A DNA stretch of 64,000 nt from Spirochaetia bacterium (lineage in GTDB: Bacteria; Spirochaetota; Spirochaetia; SZUA-6; Bin103). Made by a program: the position numbers and the translations under genes. The notes under the pieces are model-generated. The model had not been told where the DNA came from, ran no database searches, and worked only from the letters and a program-made list of their open reading frames with translations. This document shows positions 44,632 through 54,399 of the stretch, piece after piece (position 1 is the stretch's first letter; each line of letters begins with the position of its first letter). The DNA lies in assembly GCA_965198005.1 (NCBI GenBank), contig CBDAOI010000004.1, forward strand, positions 544,001 through 608,000. Reading direction: 5' to 3'.

Positions 44632-45123
44632 TCATGCGCCGCCGGAGCGGGGAGCATCGGTCAGGAGGATGCGCAGGGCCGTCAGCACGCGGCGCGGACG
44701 CTTGCGGTGGATCGTCATTCCCGCCCAATACGCGGCTTCCTCATGCTGCATGGTCTCGATGCCCTCGACTACCGCTCGCATATTAACGCGGTTGCGCATC
44801 GGAGCAAGGGTGCGGAACAGCAACCCCAGCATGAGGGCGACCTCTTCGGTAAGGGTGTAGCCGCTGTTCACGTCGCTGGCGCTCGGACCAAGCCTCACCC
44901 CGGATTGCGCAAGCCGGCGCAGCACGCGGTGCTCGATGAGGTCCAGATTGGGGCCGCGGAGCCGCGCGATGCGGTGCGCGGACGTCACGGAGGGCGTCGC
45001 TGCCGCGGGCATCTGCCAGATCGCGTATTCCGTGTCCGCCGGCCCATGACGGCGCACGCGCAGCTCATACCGGGGAGCCGATTCCGGCGTCTCGATCCGG
45101 GTGATTCGCGCCGGATGCGCCAT
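44632..45123 (-). CDS. Small DUF499-associated protein (occupies the DUF3780 position)
   Basis: TAATG-coupled to the DUF499 gene; C-terminal EEAAYW..ALRILL. Confidence 0.7.
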   Translation of the reverse strand: MAHPARITRIETPESAPRYELRVRRHGPADTEYAIWQMPAAATPSVTSAHRIARLRGPNLDLIEHRVLRRLAQSGVRLGPSASDVNSGYTLTEEVALMLGLLFRTLAPMRNRVNMRAVVEGIETMQHEEAAYWAGMTIHRKRPRRVLTALRILLTDAPRSGGA

Positions 45124-48100
45124 TACGCGGCCGCCTCCGCGGTGGCCGACACGTAGGCCGCCCCGCTCGCGAACCGTGCCAGGCGCTCGGTAAGCTTCTC
45201 CGCGGCGTCGCCCTCCATCGACAGACCATCCTCGAACGTCAGTGCGAACCCAACCGTCAGGTTCTGCGAGTTGGCGTCCCGAAGTTGCGGATCGAGAAAC
45301 TCCTTCACCGGTTGCGCATCCGCCACCGGGCCCGTGAACTCCAGCTCGAACGAGCCGCCCTCGCGGGTTTCATAGCCTCCCGTGATCGTAACGACTTTCG
45401 TCGCTCCGGACACCGCGCCGATGGCGCCGAGCAGCCGAAAGGCGTCGCCCGCCTCGAACATGCGGATCGATAGCACTCCGATCTTGTCCATGCGCTGCGC
45501 CCGCGCCTGCTCCCAGAGTCGCACCAGAGCGTCCCTGAGCACTCCCTCGGCGGTGACCGAGCCGGACGCCGGACGCGGCGGTGGATGCCCGCCTGTATCC
45601 TTGGACGGTAGCCCCGGCAACTCGCGAATGACAGACTGCTTGCGCCCACCGCCCTGAGCGCCCGGTGCAGGGCGCGGCCAGATGCCCTTGTTCCTGGCGT
45701 AGGCCATGGTCAGGACCACGGCCTGCTCGTCGATCATGATGCTCACCGCCGGGTCGTCCGGGCCGCACAGCAACTCACCCCGCCGGTAGATGTAGTCGCC
45801 CTGCTCGACCCCGCGCCGGATGCCCCGAATGAAGATCTCGTCCCCGCTCAGGATGGGCAGCGCCGGATCGCGGCGGAATTCCTCGCGTAGCGCGAGGGTG
45901 GTCATCTGGCCCTTCTTGAGCGGCGTGCGGTCGCGTACGTAGGCCGGCGAATCCGGCTCGTCCTCGGCCAGCCGCAGTTTCCTGAGATCGCGCAATGCCC
46001 GCACCACTTGTTGTTGGCCGGCGCCGGGCTGATCCGACGCGGCGTGCAAGTCGATCGCCGAGTGGGCCAGATCGACGCCGCTCGGTTCCACCCGGTTGCG
46101 CGAAGGATAGAAGATGTGCCGGTAGCATTGCTGGATGGCGATGGCCAGCACATGTTCGGAACGTGACTCCAGCTCGCGGATGTTCGCCTGCTGATGCTCG
46201 GCCAAGTCCGCCATTCGCTCGGCCTGTTGCAACGCGCGCAGGGCAAGCCGCCGCACCGCGGCGCGCCGCATCTCCTCCTTGCGCGCGTCGTCCGCCACCA
46301 CGAACACCAGATTGTTGCGTAGCGCCCGCAATGCCGCTCCCTCTGTCCCCCGGCGTGCATAGATGCGCTCGACCAACTCGGGGACGCTCTCGACGGCCGT
46401 TCCGATCACCACGCCGTCGTAGGCGAGCACGATCAGCCTGGGGCGGCCGTCGCCGACCTCGTCCGGCACGTCGAACGGTCCGCCGGGAAAGGGGATCGCC
46501 TCGAAGGTCGTTCCCGCGAATATCCGGCGGATACGGTCGTTGAGTTCCGCACGCGCGTCGCCCGCGTCCACGTGCTGCTCTTCGCGGCGAATGATCTGGC
46601 TCAGATTCGCTTCGGCGAGGAACCGCATCGGAGCGCCCGGCCGGTCGTCGAGATAGGCCGAGTCGGTGATGAACCGCTTGCGCGCCTGTTCGATGAAGCT
46701 GATGTCGGTCGCCGGCCCCAGAACCGAATAGCGCAGCCGTTCGGCCGACAGCCCCTTCAGCGGATCGTTGAAGGCAAGGGTGTGCATGAAGATCGTGCGC
46801 GCCACGTAGGCGGCGTAGGGCGGCATGCCGCCGTGCTGGGCGGCGTCGATCTCCTGCGCCAGCGCCTTGCCCTCCAACCGGCCGGCGGCGACGTCGTTGG
46901 TGATCGCCGGCACGTAGGCGGTCTGGCCGAGACGGGTAACGATCTCCTGACGAATCGGTTCGTGGCCCGGGTCGACGTGGTGGAGATGGATCGCCGTCGC
47001 GTCTGCCGGCTGCTCCTGCCAGAGGTGGGAGATCGTACGTGCCAGCAGCCGCAGCATGCCCCGCACCCGCTGGAAATTGCCGAGCGTCGCGGTCTTGCCG
47101 GTGAGGGTTGCCAGCACCTCCGGATGCAACGGATAGCTCGCACGGAAGGTCTCCGCGGTCTGCGGGTGCGCGGCGTCCCGAGCCAGCGCGTCTCCATGCG
47201 TAGTCCACAGCTCCTGGTAGGCGTCGACCACCGCGGGAAGCGAAGCGCGGTCGATGGTCTCGAACAGGCGCCGGAGCAGTACCTGGACCGTCTCGTCCTC
47301 TTCGGTGGGGTTGAGCAGCGTGGCCTTGCGCGCGGACACGCTCTCCGCCTCCGCCATCCGGTCGCCGATGAACTGGTTCTCCTCGCTGTAGGCATCGGTG
47401 GCGCGGCCATCCTTGCCAATCGCCAGGGTGTAGACCAGTGCCGCGTGCGGCGCGCCTTCCACCGCCTTGAACAACGAGGTCAGGAACGCGGTCAACTGAT
47501 CGCGGGCGGCGTCGAGGCGCTGCACCTTGCGCAGGTAGACCGACAGCTCGTCGAGCAGGATCAGGGTCGGCTGGCCGCCGAACAGCTCGCGCAGGGTTTC
47601 GGCCCCGGGGGCGACGCCTTGCTCGTCGCTGTTGCGAACCCGTTGGTAGCCGACCTTGCCGGCGAGCGCGTAGGCGATCTCGCCCCACGGCGTGTGCGCC
47701 AGAACACCGTCGCCCATCGCCCGGCCGTTGGCGGGATCGGCGTTCTCCCCGTCGAACCCGGCGACCCGCACCGGACCCGCCGGCAGCAAGCTCGGATCGA
47801 CGAACTCCGCGATGTCGAACTCGTCCGGCAAACCACGCACGGCATGGACCAGGGCGATCAGTGCATGGGTCTTGCCGCCGCCATACGAGGTATCGAGCCT
47901 GAAGATCGCCGCCGCCTCGCCACCGGCGCCACTCAAGCGCCGGCATACGTTGGACAACAGACTCCTGATGCCGCGCGTCGGCCAGGTGCGGGCGAAAAAC
48001 CGGGCCGGGTCGCGGTACTCCGCGCTGGCGCGGCCGGCGATGACCTGGGCGAGGTCGGCCGCGAAATCAGCTTCGGCTACGCTCCCCGTCAGGACATCCC

Positions 48101-48140
48101 CGCGCGCGCGGCAGGTCTCGAATATCGTTGGGATGGTCAT
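45123..48140 (-). CDS. DUF499 ATPase (BrxC/PglY-related)
   Basis: FAADL, TSYGGGKTH, TPWGEIA, ILLDEL, SYPLHP, FQRVRGMLR; 1005 aa. Confidence 0.9.
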   Translation of the reverse strand: MTIPTIFETCRARGDVLTGSVAEADFAADLAQVIAGRASAEYRDPARFFARTWPTRGIRSLLSNVCRRLSGAGGEAAAIFRLDTSYGGGKTHALIALVHAVRGLPDEFDIAEFVDPSLLPAGPVRVAGFDGENADPANGRAMGDGVLAHTPWGEIAYALAGKVGYQRVRNSDEQGVAPGAETLRELFGGQPTLILLDELSVYLRKVQRLDAARDQLTAFLTSLFKAVEGAPHAALVYTLAIGKDGRATDAYSEENQFIGDRMAEAESVSARKATLLNPTEEDETVQVLLRRLFETIDRASLPAVVDAYQELWTTHGDALARDAAHPQTAETFRASYPLHPEVLATLTGKTATLGNFQRVRGMLRLLARTISHLWQEQPADATAIHLHHVDPGHEPIRQEIVTRLGQTAYVPAITNDVAAGRLEGKALAQEIDAAQHGGMPPYAAYVARTIFMHTLAFNDPLKGLSAERLRYSVLGPATDISFIEQARKRFITDSAYLDDRPGAPMRFLAEANLSQIIRREEQHVDAGDARAELNDRIRRIFAGTTFEAIPFPGGPFDVPDEVGDGRPRLIVLAYDGVVIGTAVESVPELVERIYARRGTEGAALRALRNNLVFVVADDARKEEMRRAAVRRLALRALQQAERMADLAEHQQANIRELESRSEHVLAIAIQQCYRHIFYPSRNRVEPSGVDLAHSAIDLHAASDQPGAGQQQVVRALRDLRKLRLAEDEPDSPAYVRDRTPLKKGQMTTLALREEFRRDPALPILSGDEIFIRGIRRGVEQGDYIYRRGELLCGPDDPAVSIMIDEQAVVLTMAYARNKGIWPRPAPGAQGGGRKQSVIRELPGLPSKDTGGHPPPRPASGSVTAEGVLRDALVRLWEQARAQRMDKIGVLSIRMFEAGDAFRLLGAIGAVSGATKVVTITGGYETREGGSFELEFTGPVADAQPVKEFLDPQLRDANSQNLTVGFALTFEDGLSMEGDAAEKLTERLARFASGAAYVSATAEAAA

Positions 48141-48443
48141 GTACGAACGGTGTAGGGTCCCTGGCCGGGGTCTCCATCCGCCGTTTCTTCGAGGACGAAT
48201 GGTAGTTTGGCGTGGAGACCCCCGACGCGGCCACCCAGCCTCGGCAAGTATGCCACGGCCACGACGGTCGTGTCACGTCAACAGTCGACGACGCGGGAAC
48301 GCCGTCCCCGACCTGCAGGCGTTCTGACGGTTCAGGGATTCCCTTGCCGCTGGCGGGCTCCCTTAAGTGCCGTCGAAACTCGCCCCGAAGTGTCCTTTGG
48401 CGTTGCGAGAAAATGTCGACTACAGCCAATTCGCTTTCCTCCT

Positions 48444-49709
48444 CTACCGCGATCCGGGTGCGGCGTAGATGGTGAGCCTGGTGGCGTCGCCGATCTGTTC
48501 CAGGAGGGGACGGCGGCCGGACAGGCGCTCGCTGTCGCGCACCAGCTTGAGGAAGCCCTCGCCGCGCGCCTCCATGTAGCTGGCGCCGGTGAGCGGGCTC
48601 TTGAAGTCGCGCATGAAGCCGGCCAGGAACTGGTTGCGGCGGGCGGGCTGGCAACCGGCGTACAGGTTTTCGATGGTGAGGGTGTTGTAGAGCGCACCGG
48701 GGTTCTGGAATTCGATGCGCTCGGGGAACAGGCGGATGATGATCTGCGACCCGCGCGCCTCGTAGTCGCGGTGCACGACGGCGTTGACCACCGCTTCCTG
48801 CAGCGCGGTGTGGGCGTAGCTCGGATAGTCGTGGCGGCCGTCCCAGTCTTTTCTCGATGCGGTCGGCACCAGGGCAGAGGATCGGAAATAGGTGAGTGCC
48901 TGTGCGATCTGCTCGGGCAACGGTCCGGTGACGCGCCTGCTGTCGACGGTCTCGCCGTCGGGCGTAGCGTGGTGGTACGCGGCGACGTCGACGTAGGCAG
49001 CGGGCAGGAATCGCTCCGGGTGCTCCGCGAACAGGAGGATTCCCAGGTGGGTCGGTAGCACGCCGGCGTCGGTGGAGATAGCGAGCTTGTGCGCCGCGAG
49101 CGTGCGCGCCCACTCCTCGGGTCTGGTCCAGTCCGGGAACCGGTCGTGGAAGTAGCGTTCCAGTCGCAGGTCGTGCAGATCGCCAAGCGTACTGCCGAAC
49201 ACCGGGCGCTCCTCGATGGGATTGGTCATGCGGCGGGCGCTCAGCATGCGTGCCAGTCGGTCGGCAGGAATCACGCGCCGGTGACTGCCGATACGGTGCA
49301 GAAAGCGCCCGTCGCTGGTCTGATGCAGTTCGTGCCGTGAGCGCGGGATCTCGACGATCAGACACAGCGCAGGGACGCCGCCGGCTCCGGGAAGATACTC
49401 CCAGTTCAGAACGGGGACGATCATCGGCAGGCAGTTCTCCGTAGCGGCGTTGACTACCAGTTGCTCGAGGAGCTCGCGTTTATCCGGATCGATCCCCAGC
49501 GGCACGCGGTCCGTGTCGCGCACGCCCAGCACCACGACGCCGCCGTTCGTGTTCGCCATGCTCACGAACACCTCGGCAAGCCGTGGTGCCGCGCGTCCCT
49601 CGTCGCACGTGAACGCCACCCGATTCCCCCGAAACCGGACTTCCTTCAGTTCGAGAGCGCTATCCTCGCCCGCCCGAATCGAGTCCATCAGTGCCGTTAC
49701 GTCAACCAT
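48444..49709 (-). CDS. Schlafen/AlbA_2 plus HATPase_c_4 domain protein
   Basis: GEDSALELKE, SMANTNGGVVVLGVRD, ALQEAVVNAVVHRDY, NPG, RN. Confidence 0.85.
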   Translation of the reverse strand: MVDVTALMDSIRAGEDSALELKEVRFRGNRVAFTCDEGRAAPRLAEVFVSMANTNGGVVVLGVRDTDRVPLGIDPDKRELLEQLVVNAATENCLPMIVPVLNWEYLPGAGGVPALCLIVEIPRSRHELHQTSDGRFLHRIGSHRRVIPADRLARMLSARRMTNPIEERPVFGSTLGDLHDLRLERYFHDRFPDWTRPEEWARTLAAHKLAISTDAGVLPTHLGILLFAEHPERFLPAAYVDVAAYHHATPDGETVDSRRVTGPLPEQIAQALTYFRSSALVPTASRKDWDGRHDYPSYAHTALQEAVVNAVVHRDYEARGSQIIIRLFPERIEFQNPGALYNTLTIENLYAGCQPARRNQFLAGFMRDFKSPLTGASYMEARGEGFLKLVRDSERLSGRRPLLEQIGDATRLTIYAAPGSR

Positions 49710-50037
49710 TACGCCGCACGTCGTCGTTCGCGTATCCTAACCGGAGCCGGCGCGGCGGGTCACCCGGGCGGCGCCAGCGGGTGCCCGCCGGGGATGACCT
49801 GTGCGCGAGGGTTGAGCGGCTCCGCGGCGGCGCTTGCTGCCGGCGGCGATCAGCGGCCGGCGAGATCTTCGACCGGATACTCGAAGTAGCTGTCGGTCAG
49901 CCGGTCGTGCAGCTCGCGGCAATGGTCGTTGACCTGCCGCAGCACTGCCGCGCGATCCGTCCGGTCCGGCCAATCGACGACGACGCCCCGACCCTTGACG
50001 TGCCCGCGCCCGGTGGGTACGATGCGCTGGAACACGG

Positions 50038-50457
50038 GTGAGCGCACGGCGGTACCTCAAGCTCGAAGCCCGGGCTGAAGAGCTGGAGCGGATCAATGCT
50101 GCGGTAGAGGATCTCGGCGAACAGGAAGGCTGGTCCTCGAAGCTGCTGTTCCGGGTCAATCTGGTGCTCGAGGAGCTGGGGTTGAACGTGATGACGCACG
50201 GGCAGGCGCGCGGCGCCGGTGAACTGGAAATCACCCTGACCTCGGACGAGACCGCCGTTACTATCGAACTGGTGGATGACGGACCCCGTTTCGACCCGCT
50301 GCAGGATGCGCCGCGGCCGGATCCGACGGCTTCACTGGAGGAGCGTCCGGTAGGCGGGCTCGGTGTCCATCTGGTGCGTACGCTGATGGATGAGGTGCAC
50401 TACAGATATGAACGAGGGAAGAACCGGCTGACCCTCGTTACCCGCTTGACCGCCTGA
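50038..50457 (+). CDS. RsbW/SpoIIAB-like Ser kinase (anti-sigma-type HATPase_c_2)
   Basis: LVLEELGLNVMTH, DDGPRFDP, RPVGGLGVHLV. Confidence 0.9.
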   Translation: MSARRYLKLEARAEELERINAAVEDLGEQEGWSSKLLFRVNLVLEELGLNVMTHGQARGAGELEITLTSDETAVTIELVDDGPRFDPLQDAPRPDPTASLEERPVGGLGVHLVRTLMDEVHYRYERGKNRLTLVTRLTA

Positions 50458-50459
50458 AC

Positions 50460-51251
50460 ATGCGTCTCAATCTTCCGACCCGGGTTGCGGTCAACATCTT
50501 TCTCATTCTGGTCCTTGCGGTGTCCATTACCGGGTTGATGAATCACTACAAGTACCGCAAGTTTCTGTCCGACTTGCTGCGCGACCGCCACGCTCTCGTA
50601 CTGCGCGATATTGCCCACACGATCGAGTCATCACTCGCCCTCGGCCTGCCGGCCGACACCCTGCCGGGGGTGAACTCCACGCTGCAGACGGCGACCTCGC
50701 GCCATCCCGGGGTGTTGTCGATCGAGATGTTCGACGAGCACGGGACCGTGCTCTACGGCTCGGACGAGAGCCTGCGGGGTGACTTGGTGTCGCGGGACTG
50801 GGCTGACGCCTGGAACGCGACCGCGGAGCCGGTATGGGCGCGGGTCGAGCCCGATGCGCACGTGGTCGGGGTGCGCGTGCGGGACAGTCTCGGCCGCGAC
50901 GTCGGCTCCCTTGCGCTGCGCTACTCGCGCGCCGGGTTCGACCGCGACGTGCGCGCCATGGCGGTCCGGATCATCGGCCTGTGCGCCGCGGTCCTGGTCG
51001 GGTTCGCGGCTGTCGGTACGGTGCTCGCCGTGGTCTTTACCCGCGACCTGCGGCGGCGCCTGCAGAGCATGAAGGCCGCAATCGAGCACTCTTCGGAGGA
51101 GCGGTCCGACCTCGAGCCCGATCCACCTTCCGCCAGCTTTGCCAGGACTGCGGCGGAGGCGCGGCAAGCGGTCGCGGAGGCTGCCGAAGAGATCCGGCGG
51201 ATCGAGGCGGAGCCCCATTCCTTTCCAAAGCTTGCGAAGGGCGGCGAATGA
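50460..51251 (+). CDS. Two-TM membrane protein with a periplasmic sensor-like domain and no output domain
   Basis: Two hydrophobic helices flank a ~140-aa domain; SLALGLP resembles ALSLGIP in the next gene. Confidence 0.7.
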   Translation: MRLNLPTRVAVNIFLILVLAVSITGLMNHYKYRKFLSDLLRDRHALVLRDIAHTIESSLALGLPADTLPGVNSTLQTATSRHPGVLSIEMFDEHGTVLYGSDESLRGDLVSRDWADAWNATAEPVWARVEPDAHVVGVRVRDSLGRDVGSLALRYSRAGFDRDVRAMAVRIIGLCAAVLVGFAAVGTVLAVVFTRDLRRRLQSMKAAIEHSSEERSDLEPDPPSASFARTAAEARQAVAEAAEEIRRIEAEPHSFPKLAKGGE

Positions 51252-53377
51252 GCACTGGCGCGATCGACGACTACGTGCTGGCAAAATCGTCGCCGGAGTC
51301 TGTGGACGGTCCGGAGTCGTCGGGCGGTTCCAGGCACAACGTGTTTCGCGGCGTGGTGATCCGTCTGGCCGCACTGACCGCGGTGCTGCTGCTGCTCTCG
51401 CAGGCGGTGGTCTCCTACCTGTTGGCCACGACCTTCGAAGACTCGCTGCTGCCCGAAATACGGCGCAAGGCGGAGGTAGCGGGCGAGCTTGCCGCCGAAC
51501 AGATCGGCTATGCCCTGTCGCTGGGCATCCCGCTCGACGCGCTGGTCGACATGGACGTGTTCCTGCAGGGCGTGCTCGACCGCAATCCGGACTTCACCTA
51601 TCTCGGAGTGCTGGACGCCGGCCACACCGTACTGTACTCCGCCGGCGCCGCGGCGCCGCCGACAGACGGCGACGGCCAGTCACTGATGCTGCCCATCATC
51701 GTCGACGGCGAGGTCGCCGCGTTCCTGCAGGTGGGCGTGCATGAAGGCGCGATCCGTTCCGAGCTCGCGGAACTGCGGCTGGACATCGGCACCGTGTTCC
51801 TGGCGACTCTGCTGGTGGGGATCGAGTTGCTGGTGGCGTTCGTGGTAGTGCGGGTGTCCGGTCCGATCCAGCTCGCCGACCGGTTGATACTCCTCAGCGC
51901 GAAGGGCGATTTCCTGCGCCGCATCGGGCTGCGGAACAAGGACGAAATCGGCGCGTTTGCGGGCGCCTACAACGCCACGGTGCATGGCGTAAACAGTGCC
52001 TTCGAGACCCTGACGGAGGAGGCCGAGGATGCGCGTGCCGTGCAACTCGATGGCCGAGTGCAGCAGCGCATCAGGGACGTAGTGGCGGCGCTTGGCCGAC
52101 GGTTTCGCTTTACCTCGCCCGGCACCGAGGAGACCATAGTGCCGCGTTCGCCGATGGACGTGCGCGTACCGTTCTTTCTGTTCATGTTGGCGCAGGAGCT
52201 CTCGCGTCCGTTCCTGCCGCTGTTCTTCGACCAGGTCTATACGCCGATCGGAGGGTTGAGCCATGAGCTTACCATCGGCTTGCCGATTACCACGTTCATG
52301 GTGATGGTGCTCATCTCGACCCCGATCGCAGCGGCGCTCACCGATCGGATCGCCCCGCGCGCGATGTTCGTCGTCGGTATCTTCCCGTCGGTCGTGGGGC
52401 ACGTGGGGGTTGCATTCTCGACCAGCATTGTGGAGGTGCTGTTCTGGTGGACCCTGGCGGGGGTCGGCTATGGCGTGATTTTCATCTCGGCGCAGGCGTA
52501 CGTGGCGCACCACACGGTGCAGTCGCGGCGGGCGGTGGGAATGTCCGGGTTCGTGGGGGCGATCTTCGCGGCGTTCGTCTGCGGGCCGGCGATCGGCGGA
52601 ATTCTGGCCGATCGCCTGGGCTATGAGCAGACGCTGCTGGTGGCCGCGGGGCTGGCCCTGTTTGCGGCCGGGGCGGCGCTGGTCACCATCGATCCCGGCA
52701 CCGGCCGCGCTGCCCGCGGCATACGCAGCCGCACCAGCGTAAACCGCAACTGGCGCCGGTTGCTTCTGCAACGCGACTTCGTCGCCTTGACCTTGTTGTC
52801 GGCGCTGCCGTCGAAGCTCGTCCTCGGTGGTCTGTTCTTCTATCTGGTCCCCCTGTTCCTCGCCGAGCTCGGGAATACGCAGTCGAACGTCGGACGGGTC
52901 ATGATGGTGTTCGGCGTGGCGTGCGTCGCGCTCACCCCGCTCGCCGCGCGCCGCTCCGACCGTCTGGACCGGCCGCGGACCATTATCACGGCAGGTGGAC
53001 TGGTCACCGGGCTCGGCTGCCTGCTGCCCGCGTTTGCCGAGTTGCTGCCTGGGTTCGACCAGCCCACGGTCGGGATGATCGCGGCGCTGGCGCTGATGGG
53101 GGCGGGCTTCGCGCTGGTCACCGCACCGCAACTTGCCGGGATCCAGAAGATCGCCGAGCGCGGCCGCGAATTCGGGGTCGGTCCCGGGGTGATCGTGGGC
53201 TCGTTTCGCACCTTGGAGCGGATCGGAACCGCGGCCGGCGCGGTGGTGGTCGGCACGCTGGTGACCTTTGTCGGCTATGCCGAGGCGATGTTGCTGGTCG
53301 GGGCGCTGGTCATTGCGTGTACGTTCGCCTTTGTCCTGCTCACCGTGCAAGCCACCGAACGCGAGGTGGCGGCATGA
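51248..53377 (+). CDS. MFS transporter with N-terminal periplasmic domain and HAMP
   Basis: TM, periplasmic domain, TM, HAMP (GDFLRRIGLRNKDEIGAFAGAYN), then a ~12-TM MFS body (GPAIGGILADRLGY). Confidence 0.85.
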   Translation: MSTGAIDDYVLAKSSPESVDGPESSGGSRHNVFRGVVIRLAALTAVLLLLSQAVVSYLLATTFEDSLLPEIRRKAEVAGELAAEQIGYALSLGIPLDALVDMDVFLQGVLDRNPDFTYLGVLDAGHTVLYSAGAAAPPTDGDGQSLMLPIIVDGEVAAFLQVGVHEGAIRSELAELRLDIGTVFLATLLVGIELLVAFVVVRVSGPIQLADRLILLSAKGDFLRRIGLRNKDEIGAFAGAYNATVHGVNSAFETLTEEAEDARAVQLDGRVQQRIRDVVAALGRRFRFTSPGTEETIVPRSPMDVRVPFFLFMLAQELSRPFLPLFFDQVYTPIGGLSHELTIGLPITTFMVMVLISTPIAAALTDRIAPRAMFVVGIFPSVVGHVGVAFSTSIVEVLFWWTLAGVGYGVIFISAQAYVAHHTVQSRRAVGMSGFVGAIFAAFVCGPAIGGILADRLGYEQTLLVAAGLALFAAGAALVTIDPGTGRAARGIRSRTSVNRNWRRLLLQRDFVALTLLSALPSKLVLGGLFFYLVPLFLAELGNTQSNVGRVMMVFGVACVALTPLAARRSDRLDRPRTIITAGGLVTGLGCLLPAFAELLPGFDQPTVGMIAALALMGAGFALVTAPQLAGIQKIAERGREFGVGPGVIVGSFRTLERIGTAAGAVVVGTLVTFVGYAEAMLLVGALVIACTFAFVLLTVQATEREVAA

Positions 53378-54393
53378 CCGCACGCATTCGCACCGGGTTG
53401 TTGACGGCGGTCCTGCTCGCCAGCGTCGCCGCCGGCGGCGCGGCCCAGGAGCCGGCCGCGCCGTTGCACATCTTTCTGGTGGTATGGCGCGGCGAGACCG
53501 ACGTCGAGCACGGCTTGCGTGCCCATCTGCGCGAGCGTGGCATCCGGGCGCGGTACACCTTGCGCAACCTCGCTCAGGATCGGAGCCGGATTCCCGAGGT
53601 GGTGGCGGAAATACAAGCCGTCCAACCGGACCTCGTGCATACCTTCGGCACCTCGACCGCCCTCGGCATTCTGGGCCCGCTCGGCGGGGCGCCGGGCGCG
53701 CACTCCGAGTGGGTGGAAGGAATTCCCGGGGTGTTCTCGCTCGTCTCCTATCCCCTGGCCGACAAGTCCAGGATCGTGGAGAGCCTCGAGTCGCCCGGAC
53801 GCAACGTCACCGGGACCACCTTTCTGGCCCCCATTGACACGCAGCTCGACGCCATTCTGGCCTACCGCTCCATCGATACGCTGGGCGCGATCTACAACCC
53901 GCTGGAGGTCAATTCGGTAATCAACATCGAGGATCTGCGAGCCGGGACCGCGGCGCGCGGGATCGAGCTGCTGGCGACACCGGTCCCGCTCAACGCCGAA
54001 GGCCGGCCCGACGCCGGCAACCTCGAGCAACTGACAACCGACCTGGTCGAGGGAGGAGCGGACTTCATCTACGTCGGCCCCGACTCGTTCGTGACCGTCA
54101 ACAGCGCCCGGATCACCACCACGGCCGCGGCGCGGGGCGTGCCGTCGTTCGCCACCACCGAGGCGAGCTTCGAGCGTTCGGAGGCGATGCTCGGGCTGGT
54201 GAGCCGCTACTATCTGGTCGGCAAGCTGGCCGGAGCTCAGATCGAACGGATCCTGGTGGACGGCGAGCGGCCGGAGGAGGTCCCGGTCAGGTCGCTGGCG
54301 CGATACGCGCTGCTGATCCGCATGCCGATGGCGCTGCAACTCGGCATCTACCCGCCGCTTGATCTGCTGCGCATCGCGCAGGTGGTCGAGTAG
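53374..54393 (+). CDS. ABC-type substrate-binding protein (ABC_sub_bind-like), no cognate permease or ATPase nearby
   Basis: Signal peptide, PDLVHTFGT, PGRNVTG, IYNPLEVNS, GKLAG. Confidence 0.85.
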   Translation: MTARIRTGLLTAVLLASVAAGGAAQEPAAPLHIFLVVWRGETDVEHGLRAHLRERGIRARYTLRNLAQDRSRIPEVVAEIQAVQPDLVHTFGTSTALGILGPLGGAPGAHSEWVEGIPGVFSLVSYPLADKSRIVESLESPGRNVTGTTFLAPIDTQLDAILAYRSIDTLGAIYNPLEVNSVINIEDLRAGTAARGIELLATPVPLNAEGRPDAGNLEQLTTDLVEGGADFIYVGPDSFVTVNSARITTTAAARGVPSFATTEASFERSEAMLGLVSRYYLVGKLAGAQIERILVDGERPEEVPVRSLARYALLIRMPMALQLGIYPPLDLLRIAQVVE

Positions 54394-54399
54394 CTGCGC

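Noticed and set aside
49850-50047. 65-aa minus-strand ORF
   Set aside because: Possibly a gene remnant, but no family was recognised and its start overlaps the RsbW-like gene.
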